From an uncultured Verrucomicrobiota bacterium (GTDB lineage: Bacteria; Verrucomicrobiota; Kiritimatiellia; RFP12; UBA3636), in NCBI GenBank assembly GCA_949285835.1, contig CASEAR010000044.1:3248-67247 (forward strand): DNA of 64,000 nucleotides, in the 5' to 3' direction. The position numbers were made by a program, and so were the translations under genes. This document shows, piece after piece, positions 60,847 to 64,000 of this stretch. The first letter of the stretch is position 1, and each line of letters begins with the position of its first letter. The notes under the pieces are model-generated. The model made no database searches. It was given only the letters and a program-made list of their open reading frames with translations, and was not told the origin of the DNA.

Positions 60847-61974
60847 TTACCGCAGATGCGGCGGCAAATCATTGCACATCCTTTGCAAATCTGCTTTTTT
60901 CTGACATTCCAGCGCGAGTTTTCCAGCGTTAAATACGCGTTCCTGAGTCATTGCTGTTTCCGTACGATCCAGACAGTCACGTATCAAGTTGGCGAAAAAT
61001 GGTTTACCCACCGTATTTTCAACGCATACATTTACCTCCCGGCATCCGTTGAAATAGTACATACGGTTCGATCCTAGATCTGTGCCGATGTCGATATTCT
61101 TTCTGAGTTCTATAGTACCATCGGTTCCCATGATCATGGTTCTGCCATCACCCCAGCTCCTGAGACCATCCGGTGAGAACCAGTCTACGCGGAAGTAAAA
61201 TGATGCGCCATTGTCCCCAATGAGGGATGCTTCACCAAAATCTTCAAGTTCGGGAACTTCCGGGTGCGCGAAATTGCATACGCGCGCAAAATTTACGCTG
61301 GCAATTTCGGAACCGGTAAATTCCAGAAATTGTTCGCATTGATGGCTTCCTATATCACAAAGAATTCCGCCGCTGTCCTCCTTGCGGAAAAACCAATCCG
61401 GTCTTGAAGAAAGCGGCCCCAGATGATGAGGTCCCAAGCCTATTATGTTCAGTACGCGTCCCACTGCGCCCTGCTTGATCATCTCGCAGGCAAGCATTGC
61501 GCATTCCACGCCAATGCGTTCGGCGAAATATACCATATACTTGCGGGATGTCGATTTTACGGTTTCCCTTACTTCTTTTATCTGTTCAAATGTGGTGAAC
61601 GGTGTTTTATCCGTGAAATAGTCCTTCCCGGACTGCATAACTCTTATTCCGAGTTGAGCGCGCCGGCATGGCACGTCTGCTGCGGCGACGAGTCTTATTT
61701 CCTGATCGTCTAAAATTTCATCAATGGATCTGGCGACGGATGCTTCTGGATATTTCTGTTTGAGTTTTGAAATGTTATCTGGGGACTTGTCGTATACCCA
61801 TTTTATTTGAGCTCCGGCTTCCTTGAGGGAATTTACCATGCCGAAAAGGTGCCCGTGTTCTGCCGATACAGCTGCAATCTTAAACTCACCCGGCAGGCAA
61901 GCCGTTTGTTTTGCGGTAGTTATAGTGAATCCCAATTGTTCCGGCCTGACGGAATGTATACTCTGTATGGACAT
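60847..61974 (-). CDS. Gfo/Idh/MocA-family NAD(P)-dependent oxidoreductase
   Basis: N-terminal Rossmann-like segment (KIAAVSAEHGHLFGMV..) and a C-terminal alpha/beta domain typical of the family. 375 aa. Confidence 0.6.
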   Translation of the reverse strand: MSIQSIHSVRPEQLGFTITTAKQTACLPGEFKIAAVSAEHGHLFGMVNSLKEAGAQIKWVYDKSPDNISKLKQKYPEASVARSIDEILDDQEIRLVAAADVPCRRAQLGIRVMQSGKDYFTDKTPFTTFEQIKEVRETVKSTSRKYMVYFAERIGVECAMLACEMIKQGAVGRVLNIIGLGPHHLGPLSSRPDWFFRKEDSGGILCDIGSHQCEQFLEFTGSEIASVNFARVCNFAHPEVPELEDFGEASLIGDNGASFYFRVDWFSPDGLRSWGDGRTMIMGTDGTIELRKNIDIGTDLGSNRMYYFNGCREVNVCVENTVGKPFFANLIRDCLDRTETAMTQERVFNAGKLALECQKKADLQRMCNDLPPHLR

Positions 61975-61986
61975 GAGCGGATCCTT

Positions 61987-62970
61987 TCAAGTATGTAAAA
62001 AAATATTATTGAAGCGAAAACGAGAGTTCAACAACGGCGGCAGCAATTTTTCACGCGCATTGATCAGGCTGTTTTCCCGTGTTGACTCCCAGAAGAGTTC
62101 GGCGGCGGCTTTCCCTGCAGCGACGCATGGAAAAGCTGCAAATACAGCGTCTCCTATCCCTGATGCCGTCGCCAAGGCGTCCTCGCATATGATTAAATGC
62201 GGGATTTTGTTCGCGGTGAGTTCAATACACGGGCGAACAGACAGCGTTATCCAAATATCCCTGCCGTCAGAATGATCTGAACGGAATGCCTCTATGGCCT
62301 CTGCTGCGGTTGCCGCCGTCAGTGGCGGCGCAACATTACATTTGCGGGCTGTTTCGTATACGGTGCTCTTCAGGAACCTGCCGGAAAACTCAGATGCAAA
62401 ATGTTCAGAAAGCACGCCCTGCGCCCGGAAGCCGTTTGACAGGACAGTTTCTAGAGCGGATTCCATAGCCGGCATGATGTCAAAATTAACACGTGGGATC
62501 TGGCTGGTTCCATAGTAAGACACGGCTGTAATCATATTTTCTGAAAGGCCTGATCCGGCGCATATTTCGTCGGCATTTTTTCCGCATAGGCACACAATTC
62601 CGGGGTTTGATGTAAGATGTGAGACACGGCGGTACAACCTGCACGCGGATACGACATCGAAAGCGTCCAGAGGATATACGGAGGCGCATTTTTCAGCGCA
62701 CGCGCTCAAAATTCCGCCCAATATTGCGCTTTCGGCCGGATTGTTGTGATCGAAGGCTGCGAAAAACGAAAACGACTTTCGGCTCCTTTGTGCATTAAGA
62801 GCGTCCTCAGGTATGTAGCCCAGTGTCCTGGCCGCATGTATGATGGAACGGCGCATTTCCGGGTGACATGAAATATTCCCGCGGGATCTGTTCAGTACAT
62901 GCGATACAAGCGCCGTGGAACATCCAACATGCGCCGCCACTTCTCGAAGCGTTATCTCTTTTGTTCTCAC
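61987..62970 (-). CDS. LacI-family transcriptional regulator
   Basis: N-terminal HTH ITLREVAAHVGCSTALVSHVLN plus a periplasmic-binding-protein-like effector domain. Confidence 0.8.
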   Translation of the reverse strand: MRTKEITLREVAAHVGCSTALVSHVLNRSRGNISCHPEMRRSIIHAARTLGYIPEDALNAQRSRKSFSFFAAFDHNNPAESAILGGILSACAEKCASVYPLDAFDVVSACRLYRRVSHLTSNPGIVCLCGKNADEICAGSGLSENMITAVSYYGTSQIPRVNFDIMPAMESALETVLSNGFRAQGVLSEHFASEFSGRFLKSTVYETARKCNVAPPLTAATAAEAIEAFRSDHSDGRDIWITLSVRPCIELTANKIPHLIICEDALATASGIGDAVFAAFPCVAAGKAAAELFWESTRENSLINAREKLLPPLLNSRFRFNNIFLHT

Positions 62971-62996
62971 AGCGATCTACGGAACGTATTCGCATT

Positions 62997-64000
62997 CTAC
63001 ATATTCTGATCAAGAATATCGTTTATGGTCTTTTCCAATTCGCCTGCTGTTCCCTGTGGGGCGGCGGGGGAGCTGTTGCTGTCCTGCTTCGGCGTCTGTC
63101 CAGACGCCGTACGAACGGCGGCAGCTCCCTGCTCCTGTGAATTCCGGGATTCCGGTACTGTTTCGGGCGCTACATCAGTGTCAGAGTCTATGTTCTCCGG
63201 AAGCACGACACCGCGCGGCAACGGTTTGAAGTTGTGCAGATACTTGTCGTCTGTAAAGTGCGTATATGGATATTCGGACTGCTGATTATCATGGTCTCCG
63301 TAGCGCGTATATGGGAACATCGGTTCTTCTTTGGGTTCTTTTGTGTCCGAACTGCTCCCGGCTTCCGGCAGACTGTTTGTCGTGAAGAATTCATCATTAA
63401 GGTTTGAGAGATATCCGGAAAGCGGCGCCGATGGCGGCGAAACCGTCTTTCTGCCGAGTTCTATAATGTGTTTACGGAAGTCTTCCGGAACAGGATCCGC
63501 AAGTCTGCTGTTGGACCATGAGCTGTCCCACACACCGAGAGTGTCTACTGTGGATTTTATTTTTCTGGCGTCGTCTTCTATTGCGGCCGGCGTATCGATA
63601 ACCCTCGGTGTTAGAAAAACGATTATCTCCTGACGCGTATGCTCCTCCTTTGTGCTCCTGAAAAGCCATCCCAGTACGGGAATGCTCCCAAGAATAGGTA
63701 CCTTTGTCTGGGAGGTGGAAATTGAATTTTGTGCAAGACCGCCGAGAACAACGGTTTCTCCACTCTGTACAGCCACATCCGCACCCATTTTGCGGGTGTT
63801 GAGATTGGGATAATCCGAACCGTTTAAAGTGGTGAATCCGTCGTTGGTCTGGATTTCCTGCTCTATAGTAAGTGTGATATATCCATTTTTATTGATGCGC
63901 GGTGTTACAGTAAGCTTTATACCGATATCTTCGTTCTTTATATTTTCTGACGTATAGTCGGAATTTGAATAGTACGTGGTGCCTTCTTTCCAGTATATTC
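62997..64000 (-). CDS. secretin (GspD/PilQ family), C-terminal part; the 5' end runs past the window edge
   Basis: Conserved secretin C-domain (VVLGGL..VPILGSIPVLGWLFRS..EIIVFLTPRVI). The reading frame stays open upstream of the ORF-track Met, through to position 64000. Confidence 0.75.
   Translation of the reverse strand, partial: IYWKEGTTYYSNSDYTSENIKNEDIGIKLTVTPRINKNGYITLTIEQEIQTNDGFTTLNGSDYPNLNTRKMGADVAVQSGETVVLGGLAQNSISTSQTKVPILGSIPVLGWLFRSTKEEHTRQEIIVFLTPRVIDTPAAIEDDARKIKSTVDTLGVWDSSWSNSRLADPVPEDFRKHIIELGRKTVSPPSAPLSGYLSNLNDEFFTTNSLPEAGSSSDTKEPKEEPMFPYTRYGDHDNQQSEYPYTHFTDDKYLHNFKPLPRGVVLPENIDSDTDVAPETVPESRNSQEQGAAAVRTASGQTPKQDSNSSPAAPQGTAGELEKTINDILDQNM

Overview
This is a roughly 64 kb, densely coding chromosomal segment from a moderately high-GC (about 55-60% by eye) Gram-negative bacterium. 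Housekeeping genes dominate. They include truA, pgsA, rdgB, uxuA, fmt, leuCD, feoAB, asnB-like, nth, nagA, uvrB, tRNA-Asp, uppP, ileS, panB, a partial dcw block (ddl-ftsQ-ftsA-ftsZ), sppA, and nusA-infB-rbfA. Interleaved are cell-envelope and secretion genes. These are an exosortase plus EpsI-like pair at 4.4-6.2 kb. At 26.7-33.6 kb lies a PEP-CTERM/exosortase-type exopolysaccharide export locus with a beta-barrel OMP, a Wzz-BY-kinase, a Wza-like exporter and an AsnB-family amidotransferase. There are also orphan type II secretion parts: gspF at 34.9-36.1 kb and a partial secretin at the window end. The divergent FtsZ, the fragmented dcw cluster and the exosortase content suggest a PVC-superphylum-like organism, but that is inference. 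I found no CRISPR arrays, transposases, integrases or rRNA. The best candidates for a second look are (i) a tightly overlapped parA-like / Na+-symporter / lysine-2,3-aminomutase-family / MOP-flippase operon, (ii) a DRTGG / CBS-HATPase / DRTGG signalling triad, (iii) a 37-bp perfect direct repeat that duplicates a ribosome-binding site plus start codon and supplies the last codons of rdgB, (iv) the exosortase-EpsI pair with a Cys4 insertion in EpsI, and (v) several gene-poor AT-richer stretches that may hold regulatory or RNA elements (1.2-2.1 kb, 22.6-23.5 kb, 26.1-26.7 kb, 41.9-43.0 kb). I cannot name a fully novel system with confidence from sequence alone.
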